Shown here piece by piece: positions 13,795 to 25,996 of a DNA stretch of 64,000 nucleotides. The number at the start of each line of letters is the position of its first letter. Positions within the stretch are counted from its first letter, which is position 1. The position numbers and the translations under genes were made by a program. A model generated the notes under the pieces. It saw only the letters and a program-made list of their open reading frames with translations. It did not search any database and was not told where the DNA came from. Origin of the DNA: Botryllus schlosseri (lineage: Eukaryota); NCBI GenBank assembly GCA_051294905.1, contig CM119371.1:9860001-9924000 (forward strand), read 5' to 3'.

Positions 13795-13884
13795 TATTTA
13801 TACGTGGTGCTATTATAATTACTCCAAGGCGAAGCTCAGGTATTTATACGTGGTGCTATTAAAATTACTACAAGGCGAAGCTCG
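13795..13884 (+). repeat. Two-copy tandem duplication, ~46-bp period
   Basis: tatttatacgtggtgctatta(t/a)aattact(c/a)caaggcgaagctc occurs twice. Confidence 0.85.
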
Positions 13885-14452
13885 AAAAGTCCTGTTGAAG
13901 ACCACTAATTTGATTGTGATTGCTCAGCACCCTTTGAAAGGAACGCGACGTTTGCTATAGCCGGTATTATACTGACACGTGTCGCCTATTGCACTGTCAG
14001 AATTACACGGAGTTTGTTTAAAAGAAGCCGTAGCTTTCACAAATATAGCTTATTCTCAGCGAGTTGTATAGGTTGCTTTAGAACAGTTTCGTACAACACC
14101 TGCACGATTGTGACTTGCGCCTTTAATGGACATCAACTTACTATATAACGACAAAATGCAAAAAAATAGGTTTGAAACTTCTACGTAGTAATTCAAAATT
14201 TGATGTTTTATTTCTCTAATTAGTGGTCAAGCGACTAACTTCTCGCATTTTGGAATTGAGATATGAAATTCTATTTGGCGGACCGGCATGAAACTAGAGC
14301 CACGGACCGGCGGTTCAGAACCACTGGTCTAGACTCTAGAGAAGAGCCCAAATCGCGACGATGGCCGTTGTTGATGTTTGTGATATTTATGCGACTCTCT
14401 CACATTTTTTGGCGTCCGTCCTCGCACTTTCTTGATTAAAATAGCCCTAATT

Positions 14453-14704
14453 TTATTCAAACTTCATCATCTTAATAAGACCGAGCTCTTTCCAGATTTC
14501 AGCGGCTTCCGACACGTAAAACCCTGAACCAATAGTCTATATCTGGAATGTACCGCATGTAACTGCCAAGAATACTCACGTAAAGTGTATGCCTGGCCTG
14601 CACCGCAAAAAGTTTCTTCATACGTAGATTGACCGTTCATGTCTTCGTCGCACTGAACACTAATGATGATGAAAGCGATAGCAATTTATTTTTATAGTCA
14701 TCAT
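14453..14704 (-). pseudogene. Putative small secreted-protein gene (exons 14704-14580 and 14523-14453) with a 1-nt frameshift in an A-run
   Basis: Removing one A gives MMTIKIIAIAFIIISVQC-DEDMNGQSTYEETFCGAGQAYTL|RFYVSEAAEIWKELGLIKMMKFE*; 56-nt gtgagt..ttcag intron is in phase. Confidence 0.4.
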
Positions 14705-16189
14705 GTTTGAAGCCTTTCACAATACATACACACATCATATGTCCCGTAATAACAAACAAATCGTGTTAGAGATGCACAGTGTGGGTGTAGCGCGTGTGGC
14801 AATGATTCATGTAATATGAAGAATGTGTTTGGAATATGCATTAAAAGTTAGTGAATACGTCGGGAAATTTCGAAAATTACCGAAATCGATTTGTTTATCA
14901 AGACATCGCAGAATTACCATTGACTCAACAATGATACACAAACGCATGTGGGTTGTTAAATGGACGCTAACACTTCCGTTTCAAGTTGTGATCTATGTCG
15001 AACTAGGTATTATCATGAATGTATTGTGTCGATTAAACAGCTTTCCTCGTACTCAACGTATAACCGGTCCTTCCGACTTTGTGTGTCATCTCTGTAGTTA
15101 GCTAATATGTGATAGACTCAATAAAAATATGCATGTTACTCTCTGTATCTAATGCATTGTACATCCATTCAGTTTCAACTGGGGATTTGGAAGCCCCCGA
15201 AATCAAACTCTTTACACTCCCGCAGCCACATTCAAATTTATCACTCTAGCTGAAAGTTACTCTTGTCAGTCTTGCGTTACTTTCCTTGTATAGGTTAATT
15301 AATCTCCAACGATTTTCCTTGAAACTGCAAGAAATTCGAAATAAACAATACATATGTAGATCGGAGGTGAACAACGATTTTGTGATGCGGTCCAAATACA
15401 AAAGACCACTATGCCAATGAGGGGCACATGAGTGTGAGCTTTTGACATTTGACATTTTAACGCTTGATTAATGTACAGACGAATACTTGGGCGTGACAAT
15501 AGAAGGAAGATTTCACTATGAGACGAAAACATTCATCGATTACTCACTCGGCGTCAAATATAGTCTCGCCGAACACATATGACAGAATAATGATTAAGTG
15601 GAAAATCGTGAAGGAGTTTCCAAAGCACATTGTGCCTTGACAGTTACTGATCGTATTTTACCAGAGGGGCGCTGACACTAAATTTGGAACAAAGTCTTTA
15701 AGAACTACCAACTTACGCTTTAGCTAGAGTTTTTAGTTTTTCTGTAAATGATTTCAAGTCAGACTGTAAGCTATTAATTTGAACCGTACTTTTTTCATGT
15801 AAAAATAGAAATACGCATAGGACGTTATATACTTTTGTCTTTAATTTTCAGTAGCATATACACTGACTCATGATATCCATACACGCGATATCTGCATATT
15901 CACACCAAGATTGCTGCATGTATGATGTCCATATTCCACTGGTCGAGGAAGAAAGATACGGGGATAACCTTGTACCGTTACCAATCTTGTCCAAACCACC
16001 ATGTTATCCCGGAAATGCCGAGCGTCAAACGGGGAAGTCATTGATACTTGTTTCACTGATGGGTCTTTTATCCGACCTAGTCTGGGACTAAAACTAGCAC
16101 CATGTTGCATGGCTCAGTACTGTTTCTAAATAATAAATGTACTGTTTTATCCTAATGCGTGTGTGCTACATAGTAACACTGTTTACGAT

Positions 16190-18086
16190 CAGGGGTCGGA
16201 AACCTTTTTCGCCCGAAGAGCCATATTGGGTCTATATTTTCCATTGTAACTCCTCCTCCGTCAATCAACTGTTACGTCACAATTGGAAATTCGTAACGTG
16301 ACGGTAACACTAATTCGAAGTCAAATCATGGGATTCGTCGTGTGCGCCATGTTTTCTCTGTAAAAACTAGCACTAATCATGCCTGGTGCCTTTTTTTAGC
16401 ATGCTAAAATTGCGTTACATATTTTAAATTGTGATACAGTGAAAGTCATACGATATTTTTCGAATCCTAAGACAATTAAAACTTGGATATCCACCAGATT
16501 TAGCTAAGAATAAAGGCGTGAATCTGCGATTTACACGCTTATTACAGTGAATGCATGGTGTTGCATGTTGTTACTGATGGGTTTGTAGTCTGGTTGATGA
16601 ATTGTTGAGGTCAAGCTTCATACAAAAGTCGAGACTTTCATCAGTCACACGAGATCGTAGGCTCTCCTTGATGCTAGTTTTAAATACGAGGACCACTGAT
16701 GGCATTCCTATGTGGAAGCAAACAAGGTCACCACAGAAGTACAGATCCAAACTACCGAGTGATACGTCAGTGACGTGGTGTCAGGGGACGCAAATGAGGC
16801 AGTGTCTCACGTGTCATCGGGATGAGCGAAGGAAAATTATGAAATCTTGCACGATTATTGCTACTTTCTATCCATGTTCATGAATTCACAGATTTTGTGT
16901 ATTTTTAGTCTTAAAATCATGCAATTTGCTTATTTATTGTTCGAAAATGAAGTGCGAAAGGAGATGCAGGGCACAGGTGAGGCACATGCATACCAAGCCT
17001 CTCCCGTGATTGCGAAAATCATCGTAACTAGCTGAGAATTAATTAATTAATTAACAAATAATCAATGTAATCGTCGCACTGCATCCAAAAATCTAAATAT
17101 TGATCAACTTCTTAATTCTCAAAGTGTTCGGCGATAAAACATGACTTTGCGCTACACGGCTACATTTCAACGACGGTTAAGCTTAGGGTGGCAATTGGAA
17201 CAAAAATAAATTTAAAACAAACATGTTTAAAAGTATGCCCTGATTTAAAGCATGTTTTTTATTGTGTTTTATTTTGCAATGACGTCACGAATTGGATTGA
17301 CATTGACAATTGAAAATATAGAGTAAATGTAGCTCCTTTGACGAAATATCTGTACTATTAATGTTGAACCGACTTATTTTGTGGATTCCAACCATATCAT
17401 ATCGATATAGGTCGGCTATATCGGCTGGTAATTGTCCGTAGGCTCAAACAACATGTTTTTTTGCAAAGTATGTACAGTGTACACAATTATGGCATAATTT
17501 TACAACTTGAAAAAAAAAATTAAAGCCCTTTCTTTAAAACACTGTTTAAAACGTGTTTTACACGAAGTGTCTTAAAATACCGTTTGTTTTAAATGCAACC
17601 CAAGTTGAGCTATTCATCAATGAAGAAAGTGGATAATTATGGCGTTCTTTATAATTATAATGTATAATTTGGAATGTCACTTTCAATACAGTTCGTTTCC
17701 GCCGTAGATCAAGAAGACAATGCGTATTTCTTCTGCTATTCTCTTTGATCGAACAACGTATCGTGCAATCCACGATTTCGAGCCGCGCGATGTCAGGTGC
17801 ATAATCGAATTTACGAGTGATATTGGTCGAAGGCACGACAGCAACTTACATTTAACGATTATTGGAAGAGGGCTCTGAGACCTAATCCTGGATACGTCAC
17901 TGTCTTTTCCTCTTAAAGACATGTTTCTGCTGCCACGAAAATAATTATTCAGGCCATGCTGCAAATTTACCAACAACTTGCTGCAATATTGATGAATCGG
18001 TAAAAATATAAAAATTTGGCAAAGAGCCATATCTTACACCCGAAAAAGCCATATATGGCTCGCGAACCTAAGGTTCCCGGCCCCTG
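16190..18086 (-). mobile_element. hAT (Charlie/SPIN-like) deletion derivative with transposase C-terminal relic
   Basis: TIR CAGGGGTCGGAAACCTT; GAGCCA subterminal motif; minus 16550-16700 reads IKESLRSRVTDESLDFCMKL..QPDYKPISNNMQHH. Confidence 0.75.
17184..17603. mobile_element. hAT-type MITE family C, nested
   Basis: Ends TAGGGTGGCA / TGCAACCCAA; TSD GTTAAGCT/GTTGAGCT; homologous to 43496-44034. Confidence 0.82.
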
Positions 18087-18291
18087 GTATGAAGAAAGGC
18101 TTGTACGAACAACTGGATAATCAAAATTTGAAAGTAGACCCAGAACCAGAACTAACCACTCTTCAAAATCCGCAACTAGATATCACATTTCAAAGTGCTC
18201 CTATGGAACTATAACTAAAACTACTAACAAAACTCGTAGTTTGTTGTACGTCAACTAACTGGAACGGTAATTTGTACGAGTCGGTATACAG

Positions 18292-19005
18292 TAGGGGTGG
18301 GCAGACCTGCTTTTTGCACCAGCTGCATATCAAAAATCTTAGCAGTAAAAGAGCCACAACACAAAAATTCGAAAATTTATGACGTCACAAGGAAATATAT
18401 GCTTCAAATGTAGTTTATTATAGTGTGTTGATACCGAGCGTCTCCACCTGGGACGCAAAGTGATTGAAACGCGCGGATATGACGTCCAAGCTGTGCGGAG
18501 CAGTTCCTTTAAATGCTGATGAGAATTTAAGGAAGATTTCAGCTCGGTAATCTCGCGACTTATTCTTGGCCAAATTCAGCAGGTATTGCTAGCCTTTACG
18601 ATACAAATGGAAAAGCCGTATTCACCATGCTAGCCCGGAAATTATTGTGACCTTTGGTGGCTTAAATAATTACCAAGTTCATTGTTCAACTTCATGCTTT
18701 ATCATTGATTGATGGCAAGGCAATCATTGCTGCGGGTGAAACGTTCAAGTGAATTCGATTCGAGGCTCTGATTGTAAATTTCTTAAATTTCTTACCCTGT
18801 AGTAGACCTGTCGCATAAATTTTGCAAGTCTTGCGTAAACCACAAGGAAGGACACAACACGAACACAATACGCATATTGTTAAAACGCGATAAATGCATC
18901 AATATATAATTAAGCTCTCTAGCAAAATGGCGAAATGTATGTGCAGTGTGCAATCATTAAAGAGCTGTAATCAAAGGCTAAAAGAGCCGAGGTTTGTCCA
19001 CCCTG
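18292..19005 (-). mobile_element. hAT non-autonomous element with transposase relic
   Basis: Perfect TSD GTATACAG; ends TAGGGGTGGGCAGACC / GGTTTGTCCACCCTG; minus strand reads HQHLKELLRTAWTSYP. Confidence 0.82.
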
Positions 19006-19085
19006 GTATACAGTATCCGTTGAATCGATCGATATCGAAATGCTGTAGGCTAAAATAAAATGTAAAACTAGCATGTGTTTTATAC

Positions 19086-20591
19086 CAGTGGTTCTCAACC
19101 GCCGGTCCGCGACGACATTCCTGCCGGTCCGCCAGGTATATTACAATTACCTTAATTTCAAGAAGCAATTTTGAAGGCTCTCCCATTAGGGCTGTTCAAA
19201 AATAACTTTTATTTTCTGGGTTCCAGCCATTCACTGACCTGCGGAGTCTTATAGTTGTTAGGACATGACCAACTTTGGTGTGCAGCGTTTTTTATGGTCA
19301 CCTGACAATTTAATTAGTGAATGATGTAAGTTATTTTTGAACAGCCCTGTCGCCCATTGATAAAATGAATAAAACATCAAATTTTAAAATGATTCAGAAC
19401 TTCGTGAGGTAACATTAGGGTTGGAAACGTGTTCGATTTGGCTTGAAGTTCAAGACGTGTGATTTGACGACATGCGAGCGACAAGTAGGCTACAGAACAG
19501 ATATGAGCTAAGCAGCGCAGTTTGCGCGATCATTCATTTTCAGTTCATTCATTTTGTATAGGACCGTAACTGGGGCACTCCAAACCACCCAATTGGAGAG
19601 GGGCCGAGCTTGAAAAGAGCCAAAATTATTTTGCAAATAAAACATGGATAACAGTGTATTCTTTTGAAACTTTTTCCAACATTTTTCAATTTCTTTTCGC
19701 CCTTCGCGCGATTTAGTGTCGCTAAATGTCTTGCTTATTAGGTGCCCTTCTCCGGGAAATATACGCATTATTTATGGAAATAGCTATTCGGCGTCGGCCG
19801 TTACCGCGCCATGACTTACCAACACATAATCAAGTTTAGGCTGACATGGGACTCTGAAAGGTGTGCCACAAATACGGCAGTGAGAAAACCGATTCAGTCA
19901 TGAATGACCAAAAATTTTCGCTATTGGCGCGATTAAGCTCCATAAACTCTGCTTACACCGAGCAGAATGAATGTGCTAACAAGTACAGGTGAAAATAGCC
20001 ACCCAACTGTAGGATCTGGAAATGAAATCCCCGGGAGTTTGGCTTATCGCCCTGTGGTGGCCCAAGACCAACGTTTTTAGGGGTTGGCTTACGAAGTGAT
20101 TGTTCGGCCCGTATTTGCGGATTGCCGGTACTCGCCGCATTGCATTCGTAGTTGCCAGACTAGCTTATGTGTCAGGTGGCAGTTAGGAATGAGCAAGGTA
20201 GCACGACAAGGTGCTTGGTTCGACTCCGTAACGCTTCTTCTCTCGATATTGTTAAAGAGAAGAATATTATTCGAGTTTGCGTGGTCGGTTAAGCCCGCGG
20301 CCTTCGGCTCGAAAACTGTAAAAGACTCTCTGCGGTAGCACGTTTATTTGGACAAGGCAATTTTACCTCGACCCAGCAGACTAGCTACCATAAAATCACA
20401 TGGATGCCGTCATAAAGATAGTTAATTGCGATCAAAACCCTATAAATCTCACTCTCCAGCACCATATAATTTCACAAAACGGTTGCATACTTTACATTTT
20501 GGCTTCATTTCAATTGTGAAAGTTCACCGGTCCGCCAGAAATTTTTTAAAATTTTACCGGTCCGCGAGGTGAAAAAGGTTGAGAACCACTA
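19086..20591. mobile_element. hAT-Charlie-like element
   Basis: TIR CAGTGGTTCTCAACC; TSD TTTTATAC/TTTTATGC; CCGGTCCGC subterminal repeats. Confidence 0.85.
19187..19349. mobile_element. 163-bp MITE, nested
   Basis: TIR (T/C)AGGGCTGTTCAAAAATAACTT; TSD TCTCCCAT/TCGCCCAT. Confidence 0.85.
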
Positions 20592-20788
20592 TTTTATGCC
20601 ATCAGTTCTCATTATTGCAATATACCGCATCAGCAATTCATTTATTACGAAACAGTAAGGTATTCCAAAACGCGTTGTCAACCTTGAAACATGAGTATGT
20701 GCTCCATGACACAATTTTTTTTAATCTCAACTATCTTCGATTTTCGTAATCTTCAGGACGACTTTCGTTCTCTTCTCTCAGTCCTTCG

Positions 20789-21165
20789 TCAAGCTCGCCC
20801 TCTCTCCCATGCGTCCCTATCGTGGTCTCTACTGCCGACTTGTAGCACGGCTCGCTTTCCGTCTGGGCTTTTCAATGCACTACGGCAGTAGTGAGATCGG
20901 CGATGATGAGCCCAAACAAACCTCCGACCCATATAGAAGATGTTCATAACCGGTATTCGAATCCACTTCCATCGGTGTAGTGATCTTCCAGGTAGGTATT
21001 ATAGCTCAACCATAGTGCCCGAATTCAGTTAAGTCGACTGTATGCATTCTTCCATTACTTATTTTGAAAACGTAGAATAGCTGGGTCGGCCACTGCGTTG
21101 GCAACTATCACCAGGGATAGCACCGCGACGTTGGCGAGAACCAAATAAATTCGCACCGATGCCAA
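20789..21165 (-). pseudogene. Secreted prepropeptide paralog 2 (signal exon 21165-21059; exon 2 from 20984 or 20879 to stop at 20789); TTG occupies the start-codon position
   Basis: Signal exon (L)ASVRIYLVLANVAVLSLVIVANAVADPAILRFQN is homologous to 38541-38438; phase-2 intron; exon 2 contains SPDGKRAVLQV; minus-strand AATAAA at 20641-20646. Confidence 0.55.
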
Positions 21166-21871
21166 TTTATCGCAACATGTATATCAGCATCATTTCACAA
21201 AAGTGTGCGTATTACAATCTCCTGCGACATTTCAGAATGTGTGTTATTCCAGCATCGCCCGTCTACTATTTTTTGAAGAGTTATAGCTGTGGCTCATACA
21301 CCGTTTCAGTGTGCCGTCGACAAGAGCAGATTAGATGATTAAAAAAAAGAAAATATATTTTATTATGACGGTGAAATTGTCAGAGATCGGTATCCTTTGC
21401 TAATTAATTTACTTGGGCCGACTAAAAAAGGACATCATTCACTCCTTTTTACTAGAATATTGGTCCATTAAAAAGGCAGATTACGAAAACACGGTAGTCA
21501 ATACCATCAGTTTCACACACTGGTTTTAAGTGTCAGGCAACGCTGTTTACCCTTTCGAAATGGCGCCCCTAATAAATGTTTTAATGCACCCTGGGGGCAC
21601 CGTGCACACTGGTTGAAGTCAGCTGTCCTATTGGCGTCACAAACAAAAGTACAACAGACATCTGTGTAATCACTGTAATGAATTTTAACTGCTTAATAAT
21701 GATATATAATCTGTTGCGCGGACGTCATGTTTATGGCAATACTTGCAGATTTGGAAGTCTCTGTTTTATCGCAGCGCAATATCACTACTAGCGCCACGTA
21801 AAGAAGCCTTACCGTGTATCATACTAACATATATTTTCATCCGAGGTGCCAGCAATTGATATGCTCTAAGG

Positions 21872-22230
21872 CAGTGGTTCCCAACCTTTTCCCTCCCATC
21901 GCCCCCTTTTCAAGGTCAACACCGATCATCGCCCCCCAAATTTTGTGTACCGAAAATTGGGCATACAAACTGTAATCACCGGCGGGTTGACTAAAAAAAA
22001 GGTCAAATTTTCGGCTCGATGTCTATTTTTACACACTTTTGTAACTAAATTTCCGTGGGTTGACTAAAAAAAAAAAGTCAGCCGTTTTAACGCGTCATCG
22101 CCCCCTTCGCTATTTTCGCCCCCGTCGCCCCCTTTGTCCATTTCCGCTCCCCTGTCGCCCCCTTCGTCATTTTCGCCCCCCCCCTAAACCGCTCCCTGGG
22201 GGGCGATATCGCCCCCGTTGGGAACCACTG
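21872..22230. mobile_element. hAT MITE with TCGCCCCC repeats
   Basis: TIR CAGTGGTTCCCAAC; TSD CTCTAAGG/CTCTAGGG. Confidence 0.88.
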
Positions 22231-22766
22231 CTCTAGGGTGAAAGTGTCGACATACCACGTCTTTTAATTTGTTCAGCTACCTATTTATTAGCCACTTGGT
22301 GACGCTGCGGTTCAGAAGAAGTGAAGACAGACTAAACTGGAGCTTCTGCACTTCGATGTGAAAGTCGTCAAGAGGTGCTTAAATATGGCTCAGTTCCAAC
22401 TGAACGCATTGGTGCGACACGATGGAGAGTGCAATGTGTTACTTGTATGCTGCGATTGTCGGTACTCATGGTAGTTTCATGATAGAGCGCGATTTTGATG
22501 GGCTGCTAGTGTCTTGACTAGAATAACATTTCCGGAGTCAGAGTGACAGTAGCGTTCTTCTGTCACCAATTTCAATAAGTTAACAGCTCGGGTCGCAGTT
22601 AGCAGCAACTTCAGGCATTTAGTTATATCCTCGTACATACTTGAGGCGTCAAATTACTATATGCCTTGCAATATGTTGGTTTCATTCTCCCTCACAAACA
22701 ACATTACACACCATAAAAATATATTGGGGAACATGCTCATGCTGACATACGTATACGGGGACACAC

Positions 22767-23742
22767 CAGTGTTGGGATGACTCGAGTCATGACTTGACTC
22801 GAGTCGGACTCGAGTCACCTTTTTCGTATGACTTGACTTGACTCGAGTCGCTTTGCTAAAATGACTTGACTTGACTTGACTCGGCGTATCAGAAATGTAA
22901 ATGGACTCGTGACTCGGAGCAAAATTCACGAGTCAATTTCAAGTCATCAAGTAATCGGTGTCGATAAAAATCACTGTATTTTGCATATGGTCGGATTGTT
23001 TGCGAAACGCTGGTGTAACCCGTGATAGCGACCAATCATTCAATGATCGTGCGTTTTACTGAGCCTATACATTGTTTTCTCACAAATAAATTGACCACAA
23101 ACGAAGTGATCGAAGCTTACAGCTTACGTTATCGTAAACTAGTATAGTAAGGTAATGCAAAATGTCTATTTCTGATTTCTGTTCTTACCTTATCCAAACC
23201 TCTTGTTTTATTGAAATTGAACTCGAATATAGTTTATTTAGTCCTCCGCCATTGGCGCAGGCTCGAATTGGATCATATCAAATTGTAAATGGGTAATGTA
23301 TTGCATCTTATCAATTCGTTTCTTTATTCTCTATTTTGGCTGGTAACTATTAACTGATGCTATGCAATTACTTTCGTAGTTTAACAGTTCTACGTATATG
23401 TGTGTGATCCAGCGTTTTCATGCGTGTATATTTAACTATATATTCGCTCATCGGTTCAGAATCAATGACCACTCAATCTGTATTTCAGACAGATAGTAAA
23501 ATGCAATGATGTAATCATGCCTCATACTTCGAAAAGGCTACTTGACTTGAATTGTGACTTGACTCGTGACTTGACTTGACTTGACTTGACTCGACTTGAC
23601 TCGAGTCACCTCAAAAAATCGAGTGACTTGACTTGACTCGAGTCACCTTCGAAAATCGAATGACTTGACTTGACTCGAGTCAAAATGTGCAATGACTCGA
23701 AATGACTCGTGACTCGAAGGTAGTGACTTGATCCCAACACTG
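22767..23742. mobile_element. hAT-type MITE family B, copy 3
   Basis: TIR CAGTGTTGGGAT; perfect TSD GGACACAC. Confidence 0.93.
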
Positions 23743-23841
23743 GGACACACAACGTAGCGATCGTAGTATCAGTTCTATTTATGATATATTTCGAGTAAGG
23801 ACCGACTCGCTGTCACCGAAACACTCAGTCAGCCATGTTCC

Positions 23842-24470
23842 ATGTATGTATGTATATTGGGGTTATGGTGCTTAGCAGCTATGGCCTTGTGCACCAGACC
23901 AAAGTGTTATAGGCATGTGTACTAGATTCTACTGCTACATTATAGTTGCCTCTCGGTGAAGAAAGCATAATAAATCACAAGCAAAATTGTGTAAGAGTCG
24001 CCGAGAAGTGACACAAAGTCTATTGGCACATGGTTTCGTAGTGCTATGTCCTTAAAATAGTTACGCTGTGAGCTATATCGAGAGCATTGTAACAAGAAAT
24101 GCCCAACCGTCTCTATAACGCCACATGCTGCACAAAGGCCATCGTCGTGACATTGAATTCTATGTAAGTGCCCGTTGAGTTTGCAATGCCCAGTCTGAAG
24201 CCGTAACAATATTGCTGTTTCCCTGTTTGATAGTCGCAGTGGCTGCGAGATATCACGTGCGGCGTGAATTCGCTTGTAGATATTTTCGGAATCATTCGTT
24301 TCAAATTCGCTTTTCCATCTTTCGTGAGTCAGTTCTTTGATAATTATTTTGGCCTCTTGTAGGAAGAGTGGGATGTCACTGGATGATCGTTGTGTTTGAA
24401 ACGTAGCCGCGTCCTTGGCGAGTTTATCGGCCATACCGTTGAATCCAATCCTGCAGTCACCTAGATATTT
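23842..24470 (-). mobile_element. I-group LINE 3' end (RNase H tail, CCHC zinc finger, 3' UTR, (TACA)n tail)
   Basis: Translation GFNGMADKLAKDAA ... LRLQTGHCKLNGHLHRI...CAACGVIETVGHFLLQC; stop at 23940. Confidence 0.85.
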
Positions 24471-24481
24471 GTGTTCTAGAT

Positions 24482-25762
24482 CACGGGTCGCCAACTCAAA
24501 ACGGGTCGCGGTCCACATTTCAAATTTCGTACAGGCCGCGGGCCGCATGAATTCAACATCGAGATAAAATAGGCCACACAGACTAACAACCAACTTTACA
24601 CCAGTACAACGCTGGGCACTATAACCTGGGCGTCGGGCATACTCTACACCAGGGCCGGCCAACCCGTGGCCCGCGGGCCACATGTGGCCCGCGAGAAGAT
24701 TTTGAGTGGCCCGCGAGGTAATTTCCGAAATTGGTAATATTATCAAAAATGGATTGCACAGATTGTGAACTTGCAAGTCAAACCAAAAAATTGAGATGTG
24801 ATGGCTAAAATATCAGTACCGACGGATTGGCAGATTCATGAGGCAGTCGCATTTTGGTAGATATTCGTACACTACAATAAAGCTGAATAATTTGCGATAG
24901 ATTTATCAAAAGTAAAAATTTTCTACACGCTCCGCGCGACATGTTGTCACTCAATTTCTTCCTCTTAATATTATTACCCCTTTGTGAAAATGAAAGAACG
25001 CCTAATGTATCAGATTGAGTCTAACGATATTCGCGATGACGAGATAAAGTGTCGTCCAACATATGCGACCATGTGTTTGCGCTCGCAGAAGGACCGTCAA
25101 CTATGAAACCTATAGGCACAAAAGGATTGATGCGCGTTGGTCAAAGCTTTCGATATCGATGTGTCCAGGCGCCGAGTGGTCCAGTCTTTGCGAGCTGAGC
25201 CCAGCGATATACAGCAGGCCCGCAATATAGTCAAGTGACAATACTATTGACCTATGAACTTCGCAAAATTTTCGCGCTTCGCGCGGCTAATGGCCTGCGC
25301 AATAGTTTGTTATTCGAATGTAACCCTTTGGCTGGAAAGGTTGGCCAGCCCTGGTCTACACAATAGAAATACTATCTTATTAAAGAAATACAAATACAAC
25401 AAAAATATCATTTTCATCAAGTTCATTTTATTGTTAACTATTAGCGGCGCACGATACCTTCTGAGCAGCGGCTAAAGAATCGATTTCGGGGTTAGCTAGA
25501 CACGGCAGTGTCTGGCTATTCCGCGTCAAGCCAATACGTCCATTCATATCAGTTAATGACTTGCTCCGTGAAATGGTATGAAAAATACTGAAGCTGTATC
25601 AGCTAGTGAGGAATAGTGATGTTGGACACTAGAAGATTGGTTATTTTAAACAGCAGTAACAATATCTCGAAAATGAAATAAATTACGGCATTTCAAAATG
25701 CGATAATTAACGTTCTGTTGAAATCTCAAATCATGCCGCGGGCCGCGTGTTAGTGACCCCTG
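24482..25762. mobile_element. hAT-Charlie-like element hosting a nested MITE
   Basis: Ends CACGGGTCGCCAAC / GTTAGTGACCCCTG; TSD TTCTAGAT/TTCCAGAT. Confidence 0.78.
24650..25353. mobile_element. hAT MITE family D, copy 1
   Basis: TIR CAGGGC(C/T)GGCCAACC; TSD CTCTACAC/GTCTACAC; second copy at 32534. Confidence 0.9.
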
Positions 25763-25996
25763 TTCCAGATATAGACTGTTTTTGACCAGGGGTCTACATA
25801 TCGCATTGATATACGGAGCACCAATTCAGGGGATGAGCGCATCTATTACCTAACATTATTTTACATAGTGATAGAAAATTGAATCTTTTTGGGTACAATG
25901 CTTGGCAAAGAATGTTTTCTTCGCACGATCTCGTGTCAATGCACTTATAGCTTTTGATATAGGTACCACCACAAGTTGTGTTGAAAATTACTAGAG

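Larger units (their letters stand above)
12674..14326. mobile_element. hAT-Charlie-like element with nested family-B MITE
   Basis: TIR CAGTGGTTCT; perfect TSD GTCTAGAC; related copies at 40766 and 61826. Confidence 0.88.

Noticed and set aside
15479..15582. Plus-strand EYLGVTIEGR segment as an exon
   Set aside because: Too short to call; it more likely reflects a decayed LINE RT YLGVxxD motif.
23940..24776. 278-aa ORF as a host gene
   Set aside because: Chimera of two hAT MITE ends read in frame into a LINE RNase H/zinc-finger fragment.
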